Origin: Blasia pusilla
Lineage: Eukaryota
Direction: 5' to 3'
NCBI GenBank assembly: GCA_050084515.1
Contig: CM114271.1
Span: 23,684,001 to 23,748,000, forward strand
DNA length: 64,000 bases
Numbering within the stretch: the stretch's first letter is position 1; every line of letters starts with the position of its first letter. A program made the translations under genes and the position numbers. The notes under the pieces are model-generated. The model did no database searches and was not told the origin of the DNA. It was given only the letters and a program-made list of their open reading frames with translations. This document shows, in pieces, positions 25,301 through 38,400 of the stretch.

Positions 25301-27479
25301 GAAGATATATATATGTATATCTTGACAAATCATCTATAAAAGTCAAGAAATATCTAGCTCCATTGAATGTACATGTACTCATTGGTCCACAAACATCAGA
25401 ATGAATTAAGCCAAGAATATCTTCAGCTCTCTTACCACCATTAGTTGGAAATTTCTCCCTTACTTGCTTGGACTTGATGCATGTGGTACAAAGAGGAAAG
25501 TTGTCAAAGTTTACGCCCTTCACCAAATTTTGTTTTTGAAGTGCTATGAGTCTCGCTTGGCTGATGTGGCCAAGCCTCTCATGTCACAAAACAACAATAG
25601 TTGTTGCAGAGAGAGCAGTGGTCTCCTTGCAAGTGGAATCTCTGGTTGATTGCTCAGGTGTTATGGACTCACCTAGCATATACAACTTGTTCTTCGACCT
25701 GCACTTTGCTATTGGTACCCCAACTTTGTTGTTCAGGGTACAACGACGATTCTTGATTGTGACCTGTCCTCTTGCTTGATCAAATTGATCCACTGAGAAT
25801 AGATTCTTCTTCAGACCAGGGACATACAACACATCTGGGATGACAGCTTGTACTCCATCCACTAGGCTGATGCTTATTGACCCTGTTCCTTGAATTGGCT
25901 GGGTTGTGTCATCTCCCAAATACACCACGTGTTGCTGATCTGTATTACAAGCTCGGAAAGTGGTGAATGTGTTGAGGTCGTGAGCCATGTGTTGAGTGGC
26001 TCCAGTGTCCACATACCAAGCTGTATCTGGACTATTTGAGGCAGTCAGAGCTGTTACATAAAGTTCAGTTCCAACATTATTACTCTGATGTAGCTTCTGC
26101 AATCTCTTAGGACAATTCTTCAATATGTGTCCTAATTGCTTACAATAGAAACAGCGAATTGATGTGATCGGAAGCTTCTTCATGTAGCTTCCTCTTCCTT
26201 GATTGAATCTTTGATTACCACCTATATAGAGTGTTGTTGATGACTCAACAATCCCATCCATATTCTTCATATGAGTTTCTTCTTGCAACAATTGAGGAAT
26301 GAGAGTTGTCATGGTCAAATTGGGCTGGACCCGAATAGAAATAAAAAACTTCAGTAACTTTGAGGCATGCTTCAGATCGGATCTAAAACCTTCTCTTCTT
26401 CATCGAGGACGGCCCCAGCAGGTTGTCGGTGATCGAGAATGGATGTCAAGCGATGAATGTGTTTTAGTACACTTTCATCCCTCTCATCTTGATTGTTGAC
26501 AACTAATCTTTTAGATACATTTGTGTTACCTGGTCCTTTTGCTCGAAAAGATCGGTCATTCTTTTCCAAGCATCATCAAATGTCGAGCGACCACTCGAGA
26601 GAGAATTGATTGTTCTCTAGCGAGTTTGCAATGATAGAGGAGACAAGACTATCTTTCTTGATCCATAGAGTCGCTGCAGAGGTTCTAGGGGTTTCCTTTC
26701 GCTCCCTATGCCATCTCCATAAGTGCTTGATCTGAGAACCAATATCATTCTCTATTTCAGACTTGAAAATAAGTTCCATCAAACTTAGGAATATCTCAAG
26801 CTCTAAGATGAGCCATTACTAGTTGACAAGATTCACCTGGTTTTCCTCTCAATTTCTACGCCCTCAATTGGAGTAAGATTTCAAGCACATGAAAGCACAC
26901 CCACTTTGGGTGCTCGCTTGATATCTCTTGCCGACCTGCTTGTCCTTCTATAGAAACACAATGCTTCTTGGACACTTTTCTAAGACAGAATCGATCGGCA
27001 CTCTTCTCATGATCGGTCACGGGTCCTCTATGGACTCATCATCAGAGATATTCTTAAACCTTACTCCTAAGTTCTACCACATACCACCCAGTATGTACGG
27101 AGGATCCTTACTCCTATCCTGCCTATGGCTCTGATACCATGTTGATTAATTCAGGACTCTAGACTGACCTTTAATTGCAGAAGAAATAGCAAGCAAGGCA
27201 ATAGAACAAGACGCATCTGTAAGGAATGTGATCTACAACAAAGAGCAGATCATAGCTGCTCTTTAAATACACAGAGCCCTCTATGTTGCCCTACCTACAA
27301 CAGAAAACGTGTCCTAACAGAAGAGTGCTGAGTCACTAACAAGTGACACTGCTCACTTTGACACATAAGAGGTGAGTCATAAGAATGACCTGCCTGTCCT
27401 ATTATATCTACGGAGGTGGCTAGGCATGGTGTCAATAGAGGAAGGTCGCTCGTAATCAGCTACATGTTGATATCTAACA
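22375..27479 (-). mobile_element. Ty1/Copia LTR retrotransposon inserted in the RNase H of E1
   Basis: LTRs 27140-27479 (5') and 22375-22734 (3'), TG..CA. tRNA-iMet PBS tggtatcagagc (complement at 27128-27139); PPT next to 22735; TSD caaag/cgaag; gag-PR-IN-RT-RH order. Confidence 0.95.
22742..26318 (-). pseudogene. Copia gag-pol polyprotein (disrupted)
   Basis: Knuckle CFYCKQLGHILKNC; PR WYVDTGAT; IN IHSDVCGP, LRCDNGGEY, PQQNGVAERKNR; RT KARLVAKGYSQ, QMDVKT, LYVDD; RH RTKHIDIQYH, ADILTK; in-frame stops. Confidence 0.92.
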
Positions 27480-27484
27480 CGAAG

Positions 27485-28584
27485 TACATCTCCTACGAGG
27501 GAGAGTGCTTGGCTGCAGTGTGGGCCGTGGCACATTTCAGGTGCTATTTATTCGGCAACCCTTTCACACTTATTAGTGATCATCAGCCGTTGAGGTGGTT
27601 GATGGAGTCCGACAAGCTTACGGGAAAGCTTGCCAGGTGGGCTCTATTACTACAGGAGTATGAGTTTGAGGTGTTTCATAGGCCAGGTCGGTTGAACCAG
27701 GATGCGGATGGGTTGAGTCGTAACCCATGTCCGAGTCAGAGAGACGACACACGAGCTTGATGGCACGGAGAGAGTGATGAGGAGATGGTGGCCGGTTGGC
27801 ATGCATCTGCCTATCTTTGTTGGTTGATTATGGCAAGTCAGCCATAGGTGATGACTCTAGTGGTGGGGTTGGATGATGAGTCTTTCGATCCAAAGTTTAG
27901 TGAGGAGGCAACAGGTGGTTGTGATATCCATGACGACGTGGAGGTTGTGGAGTTCTTGCGCACTGGCGTCATAGCGCGTACAGTGAGTGTTAGGGAGCGA
28001 GATTGGATCCTACAGAGAGCCAGGAGGTTCAAGTGGGAGGGGACTCACATTTTGCGGGTATGGGGAGATGGTAGGATACGAGTGGTACCTCATTCTTCCC
28101 AGCGAGCATATGTAGTGCGACATGCCCATGAGGAGTTGGGACATTTTGGAGTAAAGCGTACTTACAGCTTACTCAAGGTTCAGTATTGGTGGCGCGGCAT
28201 GCATACTGGGGTACAACAGTTTGTGGCCAGATGTATGGTATGGCGGCACCCACAACGCTAGATGTCACTGCATGGCACACAATCCTACGTGTGCACGAGG
28301 TATTATTGACCGGAGTCCTCATGTTGGAGGGACGGGATGGTATGGTTTGGAAGGATTATGTGCGCAATTGTGCACCATGTCATCTTTCGAACGTAGATGG
28401 GACGGTGGATCCGAGCTTGGTAGTGGTACCTGCAAGCTTGAGGTGTATGTTGTACGGATCTGCGAGGGGTGCAGCCACCATGTTGGTATGTGTTGGTTGT
28501 TCTCGAGGGTGGCATATGTCATGTCTGACCCCCCCTCTTGATGTGGTTCCCACGGGATGATGGATGTGTCCGAGATGTGTATAG
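27485..28584 (+). pseudogene. E1 RNase H end, integrase zinc finger and PHD; integrase catalytic core deleted
   Basis: YEGECLAAVWAVAHFR, SDHQPL, ADGLSR, HAHEELGH..CMV, then joined directly to APTTLDV..PHD. Confidence 0.82.
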
Positions 28585-28661
28585 GGTAATAGGTCATGTC
28601 AGAGAGATGTGATATTTTCTATCTGGAGTTGGGGGGATCCAACTGCCAGCTAGGGGGGCGG

Positions 28662-29418
28662 TTGTGTGATCTCCATGTATATGTATGAGTTGATTTTTGT
28701 ACATGTGTAGATCGACCCATGTGTGGGGAAGATCGGTGTTCTGTGGTGTAGATGTGACCAACGATGTATGTTGTGTAGCGATATGTATGCGCACGAGAAC
28801 TATCACATCTGAGTAGCCGATAGGCCGAGATCTATCGTGGATAGGGCGTAGGAGCCAACGGACTATCTTGAGTGTAACTTTGTCCCACGGTGTTGGATGA
28901 GGTTGAGGATAGGTCCAATGTGTCAGGAACGTTGTTTCTGCTAACTTTCATGTTGAGGTCTTTTACAACCGGGTGACTTGTTGACCACGTCACCCGCCCC
29001 TGGTAACCTGTGCGTGCAAGTTACCAACGGGAGGGCTATTTTTAGGGGAAGATCCTTTTGGCTCTTCCCAACCCTATTTAAGAGAGGAAGGTGGCTTTCC
29101 TAGGCCATCTTTCTCATGTTAGGCCGTTGGAGCACCTCCCTTGTATGTGTGTGAGATAGGACTAGGGTGCTAGCGTCCGGATTCTTTGATAGCACAGGTT
29201 GGACGAGGCTCGATATGTCGATGTAGATTGAGGAGTGGAGTTTTAGGCCGGGTGTGCCATTTTTACTACTCTTTATTTTTATTGTGTGATCTCCATGTAT
29301 ATGTATGAGTTGATTTTTGTACATATGTGGATCGACCCATGTGTGGGGAAGATCGATGTTGTGTGGTGTAGATGTGACCAGCGATGTATGTTGTGTAGCA
29401 ATATGTATGCGCACGACA
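28662..29418 (+). repeat. E1 3' terminal repeat block A1-B2-A2
   Basis: A (137 bp) at 28662-28798 and 29282-29418 flanks B2 28801-29281, which repeats 4473-4953. Confidence 0.9.
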
Positions 29419-32400
29419 TAGTTTTCATGTGTGAACATTTTTGCAAAACACGAGTTCTCATGAGTGTATACATAAGGTTTACAACTTTGTGAGTCATTTA
29501 GTTCTCGTGTATACACACGAGAACTTGTGTATGCTTCTTAACCCTATGATCTTATTTTTTATTTTAATGTAATTTTGTTGTATATAGAAAAATTGGCACC
29601 AACTCTATTTACTTGGAGAATTATTCTACAATCACCAATGCATATGTAACTTATATCATTATCAACATGAGGCCAAGGTTAAGGAATGTAAAACACTCTA
29701 TGCATGTGTATTTTTTCTTCAAATGCCAAACTTCTTGGAAATGACTATTTCATATTTTTTCAGTGTTAATTTTTTTTAATTACACGGGCTAGTATAGAAG
29801 TAAGATTATTTTTTTACGAAAACAAAATTTGAAAGTCAAAACTCTTATACATTATCCAAACCTTATGATCAATAATAAATAGAATTTTAAGAGGGGAAGG
29901 GGATTGCGTGATGGTGGTACTCTATCACACAATGAACATAAATAAAGAGTATTGTATATTTGTCACTTGATACATGTACCCTTTGGGGACCATGAAATTC
30001 ATCAAATATATTTGCTTCATTGAACCAAAATCTCCAAGATAAAGCATAAAAAATGATTCCTTGGATATTCATTGTGGATAATTTTTCTTGGTCGAAAAGT
30101 AATTTGGAAATAATTTTCAAGTGAAGGGTTTAGGTTTGACCAAGCTTGTGTTTCATCGTAATTAGCATGGGACAACAGTCTTGTAATCCTTCAAGTTTCT
30201 TGTTTTAACATGATTCCCTCATGTCTAGCTCCATATGTTGCCCCTTATCTATCTTGGACAATATAACAACTTCTATTCACAAAATAATTCTCTTAGTTCA
30301 AATTTATAAAGTTTAAAATGAAAATCATCCTTGTTCCAATGAGGTGAAAGTATCAAAAGGCAGAAATAAAAATATCATACAATCTTGAAAAAAAACTATG
30401 CTTTTGGCAACATTTGTCCAAACTAATCATAAAGTATGGGGGAAAGATATTTTGATGAGTTAATTTAATAATTTAACTTAAAACATAAAGAAATAGGGAA
30501 GTTTGCGGTTAATCTTTCCTCATATGATTCCATTTTTTCTAATTTTAGTAAAAATTAATCAAGTGTGTTTTCTATATGATAGTTTTAGTTAGTTGAATGT
30601 GAAATGATCTGAATAAATTTAGGCATAATAGAAAAATTTATTGGTCATTTTTACATGTTTATTTACATTTTGAGGAGAGCCCATAATCTTTATTTTAGCA
30701 GAATAATAAAATATTATTCTTGAATTAAAATTTGATCTTTCTAATTCTTTGAAAACTCTTTTTGTGAACTCTTTTTTCTTATTTTGATTTGATTTTCCTA
30801 TGAATATTGAGGAGGAGGAAAATTTCATAGAAAATCCAAGAGAAAATTCCAAACAAGAAGGGATGGAGAGGAAAAATAATTCAAAATCTATTTTATTATT
30901 GGAAAGTACCCCTTCATTTTGCAACTCCTCTCTTTTTGACACTTCATACTTTCAACCGATAGGATTGCTCGTCTTTTGAGCCAATAGAATGGTTCAAAAC
31001 TCATTTAAAGTGAGACTTGCGAATTTGGAGAGTTACTCATGGGAGGTAATTTAAAGCCCTGCATCGCATGGGCCTAGACTCATATAAGCTATGCCATGTT
31101 AGTTGTAGAGAGTCGAGAGTATATGTCCAATGTATCTCAAGACGTTGGGTATTGACATCGTAGGTTGAGAGTGATGTACTAAGGAGAATGGTAACCCATG
31201 TTGTGGTAGTACGTTGTACGAACATGACAACAACTAAAAATGAATCTATGGCACCCTTTTCTAATTCTAAAAAAGGAAAGGAAATTTTTTGATAAAAAAT
31301 TAACAAAGAAAATTGGACTGAAGGAGATGAAAAGATTTTGGGAAGAAATAATCAATAAATCTTTTTGGGGGGGATTTTTGATACAATAGATATCTCCTAA
31401 GAGCTAACCCTAGAAAACTAAGACCCCTTTATTGATATACTTCTAAGAGCTAACAATATCTTTATTATTAGGAGAGGATTGCATTCCACTTTTCAGTGCT
31501 CTTGGAGCATGAAATGTTCCATGCTTAGTACAAATTTAGTTTTCTTTCATAAGGATATATTCCCATGATAATATGGCCATGGTTGCATCGCCTCCTTGTT
31601 TCGACATTCAAAACATGTTTTACTTATGTTTTCATCCAGATTCTATTGTAATAACTCATTTCGATGTCACTTCAATCTTTATAACTATATATTTTTCACT
31701 TCAAGGGCTATCCTTTGATGCGCGTGGCCTAAAACTTAGAGTGTATTAGGATCCAAAGATAGTGCTTGGTCCTTCATTTAAACTTTAATCTCCACAATCA
31801 AGATCCATCTGCTCCATTCTTTGTGAGTAAAAAATTGCTAGAAATTTCCAAAGGAAGCCACTCTAAGTAATTACGTGTCCTTCATAATGCCTTAGAGGTG
31901 TGTCTAGATTGAATTATCTCCACTAGTTTGAATGTTCAAATCTATATTATTAGTGGAGAGTACCCTTTTAATTTTGCAAACTCATATCATCTTGACACTT
32001 GGCACTTTTAGCCAATAGGATCATTCGTCTTTTGAGCCAATAAGTTTGTTTACAATTAATTTAAAATGATATTTGAAAATTTGAGAATTAATATGAAAGG
32101 TAATTTAAACTTGTGCATAGCACATGCTTACACTAATACCCTCTGTATTCATGAATGAGGAGGATATAAAATCCTATTTATGTTTGAAGCGAAGAATTAT
32201 AGAAATACATCAAAAAATAAGGACTAACTCCATGAATCATGTGATCTTGGCCATAGCCATGAAAAGATCATCAATGCAGGCTTCATAAATGCATCACCAA
32301 TTTTGCTTATAATCCAAGACAAAATTTTTGAAGTCATGAAGAAAAACTTTCCACAAATTTGGGCAGTCGAAATTAAATTGCACATGCCCATGGGAGCTAC

Positions 32401-35400
32401 CCATCGAGGGAGGGTAGGTTGCATCTTCCAAACCCAACTAGAGAATGAAAAAGCAAGAAAGAGCATCATATTAAGGCCACTCAAAGGATCCCTTACTAGC
32501 AATACCTCATGTGCGATGTTTGGGCATAAGTACCTACCTTCCATGTTTCTCCATTTTACAATACCGTTAAATAAGATCCCAAGTCCATGCAAATGTTTTT
32601 ATAGCGGCTCTACCATATCTCTTTGAGGCTTTGACATCTCTAAAATATATCGTATGTCTCCTCTAACCCTGATAGGTTAGCCAATATTAAAACACCAACG
32701 TTAATAGAAATTCTAGAGAAGGTCCAATCTTACATAAACAAACTACCATGCACATATAATCTATACTATTATGGGAGAGTGCTCTTATAGGGGTGCCATC
32801 CCTCTTGGTGACACATGTCCTTTTCGACCAAGAGTTGATTGACATGCGTAGCTAGCCCAAGCATTTAAGCTCCTTTTTTAGTGGCAGAGAGAGTGGATGG
32901 ATTGAACGCGTTAGGATAATGATTGTGAAATGCCATAGCCTTATCTTTCACCTTGCTAAGCATGGGCAACAACTATTTCATTCTAATTTTAACAAGTATG
33001 AACTCTTTATTTCCTAAGGGACCTTCCTTTCTCAAGAAGGGCATCACTTCTTTGGAGGAGAAGTACAACCCCTCTCTTCATATTATGATATGAATTATTC
33101 ATAAATTTTAAACAAAGAAATTCCACACATGTTAGTTTCATTCAGATATGGAAATATTTTACTTATTTAAAATTACATGGATGATTTTGTTTTTTGGGAC
33201 GAATAACCGTAACGGGCACCTCATCTTCCACACCCTCTTGCTCCAGTTACCGCCACACACGACTGAATACGTCCGAAGAGCCCGTCTCACCGTAGGGCTG
33301 TTTTGAGCAACCCTATTAGGCACGCTTTGGGGGGAGCATGATGGTTTTGGGATCCACCCACCGGAGCGCTTCGGCGGACCATCGTGGATTTCATGCAGTT
33401 CCAGCCGCAGATGATCGTCGGACGTCATTTATGATGGCCCTGGAGTTTAGGGTTTCGTAAGCGGCATGGTTTTGTGTGGAGGTCATCATTATCGAAGTCT
33501 TACCGTGTTGTGTGTTTCTGGACTGTACGTCGCTTGTGACAGTATTGCTGAATGGCAGGCCAGAGCCGAGCTGACACGACCTGACCTGACCTGACCTGAC
33601 CGGTGACAACTCGGCCGTCTGCAATACCCGGTCAGCCTGTATTTGGCCAGAATCGCCAGAAAACGTAACGTATCGGAAATACCGCTTCACGTTTCTAACT
33701 TTCCCCTATAGGGTTCCCGCAGCGCCGTGGCAGGTTCTAAGGTCGCAACGGTGCGATATCGGGCTGCGAATATCCCAGCGCGACGCGCGAAGCTCGAGGA
33801 ACCGCTTTGGCTTCGTCGGCAGCAAGCGGTTACTGAGAGGGGGCCAGTTCGGCCAAGAACTCAGTGTGAAGATTTGTGCGGCCGTGATACCAGTACAGTA
33901 TTGATCAGAGTAGAGTGGCCGCGGGCCAGGTCGGCCTAAACCATGCCGGAGATGTGAGGTTTCGCAGGCGCCCGATTGGATCGGGCAGCTTTTCCCCGCA
34001 GCGACACCAGGGAATAATGGCGTCTCCGAAGCATCGGGAAACCCTTCGGTCCTCCGCGTCTACCCGTCAACCCGTCAAAGCTCGTGGCTGCTCGTCACGT
34101 CATGCACGCTCAGCATTCGCCTCCGCGCTGACAGTTTCGGAATTTAGAATATCGTAAACATTGTGTGGGTTGTCTACAGTGGTTTTGGTTCCCCATTCCA
34201 GGGTAACCCGCACCAGACCCGAGATGACGTGAGGTCAGGGCCGGTCGCCATGGCGACCATAGCAGCCTCGGAGCGGTTTCAGCAACACGAGCCATGCCAT
34301 GGTCCGTGCCGGAACAGCGGGCGACGGATGTGTATGTGCTGGGGAGAGAAGTGGCATTAGCTGGCTTCCACGATGGTCAGAGGAGGATACCGAACGAGGC
34401 GCGAGAGTGGACTCGTGGAGTAGGCAGACTATCTGGGGTTTTGTTTTTTCCTCGCGGGATGGGCCGGCTCGTGTCCGGGGAACAGGACTGGGCGCCGCGG
34501 CTTTGCGGAGTTAGCTCGAAGGAATTTTGGCCTCGGCCTGGCAGAGGAATGAGTTTGACTTCGGGTGGAGAACGCGGGGGCGTGTGCGCGAGGGTGATGG
34601 GAATTTCCGCCCTCTGCATGAGGGCTCTCTCTCTCTCTATATATATCCGGATATGTTGGTGCCGCCTCGTCATCCCTTCCCCGGAGAAACGAGGACTCTT
34701 CTCACGCTTTCTCCGCTATCCTGTATGTCATGCTTTGTTGTTTCGAGCAACGGAGTCAAGCTCACTGTGACCGACCGCAGATTTTGTAAGGTGTGGTGCA
34801 TGTCCCGGGTCACAGTACCGAACCCTAAACGCCAGCTTTAGCGGCTTTGGTGGGAGCCGGATCCTACACTGGATAGGGGAACGAACAGGGGCCGATGCCG
34901 GGCAGGCACGGCGAGCGTGGTGGGGGGGAAGAAGATCTGGCGGGAGTTTCCGATCGAGCAGGCTCGGAAGCAGCACACACCATGGTTCATCGATCAGTCG
35001 TGCGTGACATGACATAGTCGGGAGTCTCGGGACGGGCGACGGCCCTGTTGGGTGGGCACTGGGCGGTGGAAAGGTGACACCTTGCACGATGGAGTGTGCA
35101 ATCGAACTGCGGCGCTGGCCCGAAAGGGAGGGAGACGAGGGTTAGAAGGGGGCGCTGTTTAACCAATTGTCGTCCATTCATCAGACAAAAATTCATCCCA
35201 AAACTTTGGGCAGGGAATCTGTGAGCGGGGGTGCACTTACTTACGCATGCGGGAGAGGGCCACCACCGCGGCGCCCCGAGCTTCGTCTGGGAGCTCGTGG
35301 CCCAGATTTCACGCGGCCGGTGAAGCGAAGGTGTAATCGGTCGGTTCAGCGGGATCAGAATGTCGTTTGGGCTGTCCTGCGATCAATCACTCGAAACAGG

Positions 35401-35484
35401 CATACGGAGCCCCGATCCGTGCATGAGCTATCAGCGAGCAGGGGTTTGACCAACGCAAGAGCGAACGGTGGTTACTGGGCAGAT

Positions 35485-38400
35485 ATGATAGAGGAAGATG
35501 AAGAGAGCCCTTTGCCCCTTGAAACGAACACTGCGCACGTCACCGACATTCCAGAAAATGTTCGGGACCGTCGTAATCATCCCGCGCTCGAACGGGCTCA
35601 GATTGCACTCAAGGAGCAACTTTTGGCCAGAAAGCAGGACTTGGAAGATAGGATATATGAGCAGGGCACTTTCCTCAAGAGAGCTACCAACAGGAGAGAA
35701 GAGGCCGGCGTGGTCCTGTATGGCATGCAGAAGGCCTTGGCCGGTCTTCACTTAGCCCTCCACAAAGATGCCGAGGAGCTCGCTGCGGCCGCTGAAGCTC
35801 AATCTAAGGTTGACATAGGGCTTAGTGGCTTCGCAATCTTCTGTCTTTGAAAGTTGGGGTGCGAAAATCGATGTCGTTGTCAGGGTTCTATAGAATGCTA
35901 AACCAATGTTTCGATGCTCATCGGTGATCGAACGGAAACAGCCTTTGGACAGTTCACAGTAATGTAGCCAATGTCGAGTTTGTGAGGAGGCACTGGTTCA
36001 GAGCTAGAGAGTTTGTGAAGCTTTTTTGTTTCTGACCAGTAAGCCCTCGACGATTTGTGTGGGACACCCGGGGCAGGCAAAAGAAGAATTGTACCGAACG
36101 ACTCAAACGCACACTGAAAAGTCGAGAGGAATGGTGAAGCTAAGAGACAAACTGGAACAGACCCGCGTCGAATTGGATGATCTCTTGAACAGCTTGAAGC
36201 TGGTAGAGCGCCACAACGAACAGATAAAGAGTGAAATAGCGGTGAACAGACGAGCTACGTATGCTGCCGAGGAGTCCATGTCGGCAGCAGAGAGGACTAA
36301 GAAAGAGCAAGACTTGCGGATCGGGCTAATGCAGAGCCGACTGAAGCATCAGTACGAGAAACAGGCTTTGCTCAGAGCTCAACTTGCAGGTTGGTTTGTC
36401 CGTGTCCTATTCCTTCCAGTTTCCGTATCTTTCATTAGTTCGTCTCGTCTGTTTCGAACCCTGTTCATTCTCCCGTATTAATTCTGCCCAATACTCTCTC
36501 TTGCAGTTTTTGGCCCCAAGCGGTTGGTTTAAAAAAAAGATTGTAACCTGTTCGTGTGCCTTGCGCCTATGCTGGCTCTACACATTCTCCCGGTAGTAGT
36601 AGTCACCACCACGGGATGCGGGTATATCTCGGAAGGTTTGCAGTCATCTGTCAAAGCTCCGCTGAAATTCATCGTTCGCTTGACTCTATCAGTTTTTGTT
36701 GTATCTTCGACGCTCGAACAGGGTGCGGAAATGGAAGTCAAAATAGTTCCTAGGGACCTCTCTTGGCTTTCAGCATTCTATGGACATTCTAATGCGGGGA
36801 ACTGGAACAGTTCAGGAAAGAGAGACAAAGCTTGCGAACGTAGCTCTTTCTGAAGCTGGAACGGAGATGGAGAGCATCACTGCCGAAAAGAAGCAAGTGA
36901 CGATACAGTGGCAGTCTTCACTTCTAGTGCTGTCACGATGTGACGAAGCTCTACAGGTTGCACACCAGATGAGCATCCCAAGATGTCGACGATTTACTCT
37001 GTTAGGTTGTGAATGTCCATCATAATATGCCCTTTAACTCATACATCAGCGAACTTCACGAATTGTACCTGGGATTGGAAAAACGCGCAAGAGGACCAGT
37101 AATCACCAGAATCGATCATCTCGTGGGTTTCTCCCGGCCCTACTTCGAATTACTCACATCTAGAGGCTGTGTGTCCCACATGGCAAGCAAATATTCAATG
37201 ATCAGTCCTCCAGGGCATCGATCGAGTGGTTGAATGCCATGTGGGGTGCTCAGGCTCAAGATGTCTTGTACATGCCGGAGAAGGGAGTTTGAAGTGGAGA
37301 CTGTGTGTCAGGACATCGAGGATTTGCCAGCACTCACCAATGTAGACAGAAAGTTGTGCATAGTGGTCTTTTTCTTGCGTAGTTCGTTTTTGAAAGCTCT
37401 CAAGAGTGTCGTGTACTTCAGCTAATGACCAAAGTTACGAAGCTGAAATGAGAAATGATAAGTTTTGGATGCGGGAGCTTGATTCGTATATAGCCAAGAA
37501 GGGTCATAGCTCGTAGTAAAAGCGTGGTAGCGAGATATAATAACACATGATTACAGGAAGAGAAAGTTCAGATTAGATAGGGGCTGCTTGAATTGAACAG
37601 AACACGGTGCATGAACGGTTAACAGTGCTTCACAGATCAAATGATGTTTTCTGCAAAAGGCATGGTCGAGTTGTGAGTGACTTCCATTCCAAAAGAGGCT
37701 TTCCAGGTCATTCTTTTTGGGATGAAGGGACTTTATCCACTGCTGCCTGTCACGTAGATCCGAGTTGCCTACTCTTCATAAATGTTCGCCCCGTACTGGG
37801 CACGCTAAAGTTCCATGTTTCGTAAAAGCAACAACAGTGTGTTTGAAAGGAGCTACTTTACCACGACTTCCATGTCAGCTGATCTTATAATATAATGTGG
37901 TGCATGACATTGCAAGGGAGGATACAACGGTTACTTCGTGTCGATCGATGCTTAATTTTGAATCATCTTACTGCTCGCGCGCAGGGGTTAATGGATGCTA
38001 TAGCAAATCAGAAGGAACAAGAGAGAGCGGTGGAAGTGGAGAAAGAATCCTACAAGAACGCTATTCGTAAGGAGCAGGAGATCTCCGAGAAGCAGAAAGC
38101 AATTTTGAGGAAAATTGATAGGGAAATGAAGTTAGTACAGAAGCAGATGCAGGCTGCAATTGCCAAGCGCCTTGCACTGGTTGAACAGTACAGGAAACTT
38201 GTGGTAGCTCTTGAGCAGATCGACGCAGCTGTGAAGGCCATTAAAGTGCAAGTAGTGCACCTGGAAACTTTGATAAAGGTGACTAGTCTTCGGATCTCCA
38301 CCTCTCTTCCTCCCTCCCTCCTGCACCCATCCCAGTCCCTAGCTCCGTGCAACAAGAGCTAGTTTCCATGGTAGCAAGGGTACGACAAGCGCTCCTCCAT

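Larger units (their letters stand above)
4473..29418 (+). mobile_element. Ty3/Gypsy element E1 encoding a cytosine methyltransferase and a PHD finger, split terminal repeats, interrupted by three nested insertions
   Basis: TSD TAGT (4469-4472 / 29419-29422). B1 4473-4953; PPT 28652-28661; A1 28662-28798; B2 28801-29281; A2 29282-29418. Gag, PR, DNMT, RT, RH, partial IN and PHD are recognisable. Confidence 0.92.

Noticed and set aside
29500-33100. Short ORFs in AT-rich DNA (29887-30120, 31037-31306, 32224-32626) as genes or TE relics
   Set aside because: No recognisable motifs or ends; possibly very decayed TE sequence but not supportable.
33200-35480. GC-rich region with many short overlapping ORFs and a (cctga)4 microrepeat as a separate gene or upstream CCDC40 exons
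   Set aside because: No recognisable protein and no confident exon chain; probably promoter, 5' UTR or unresolved 5' exons.
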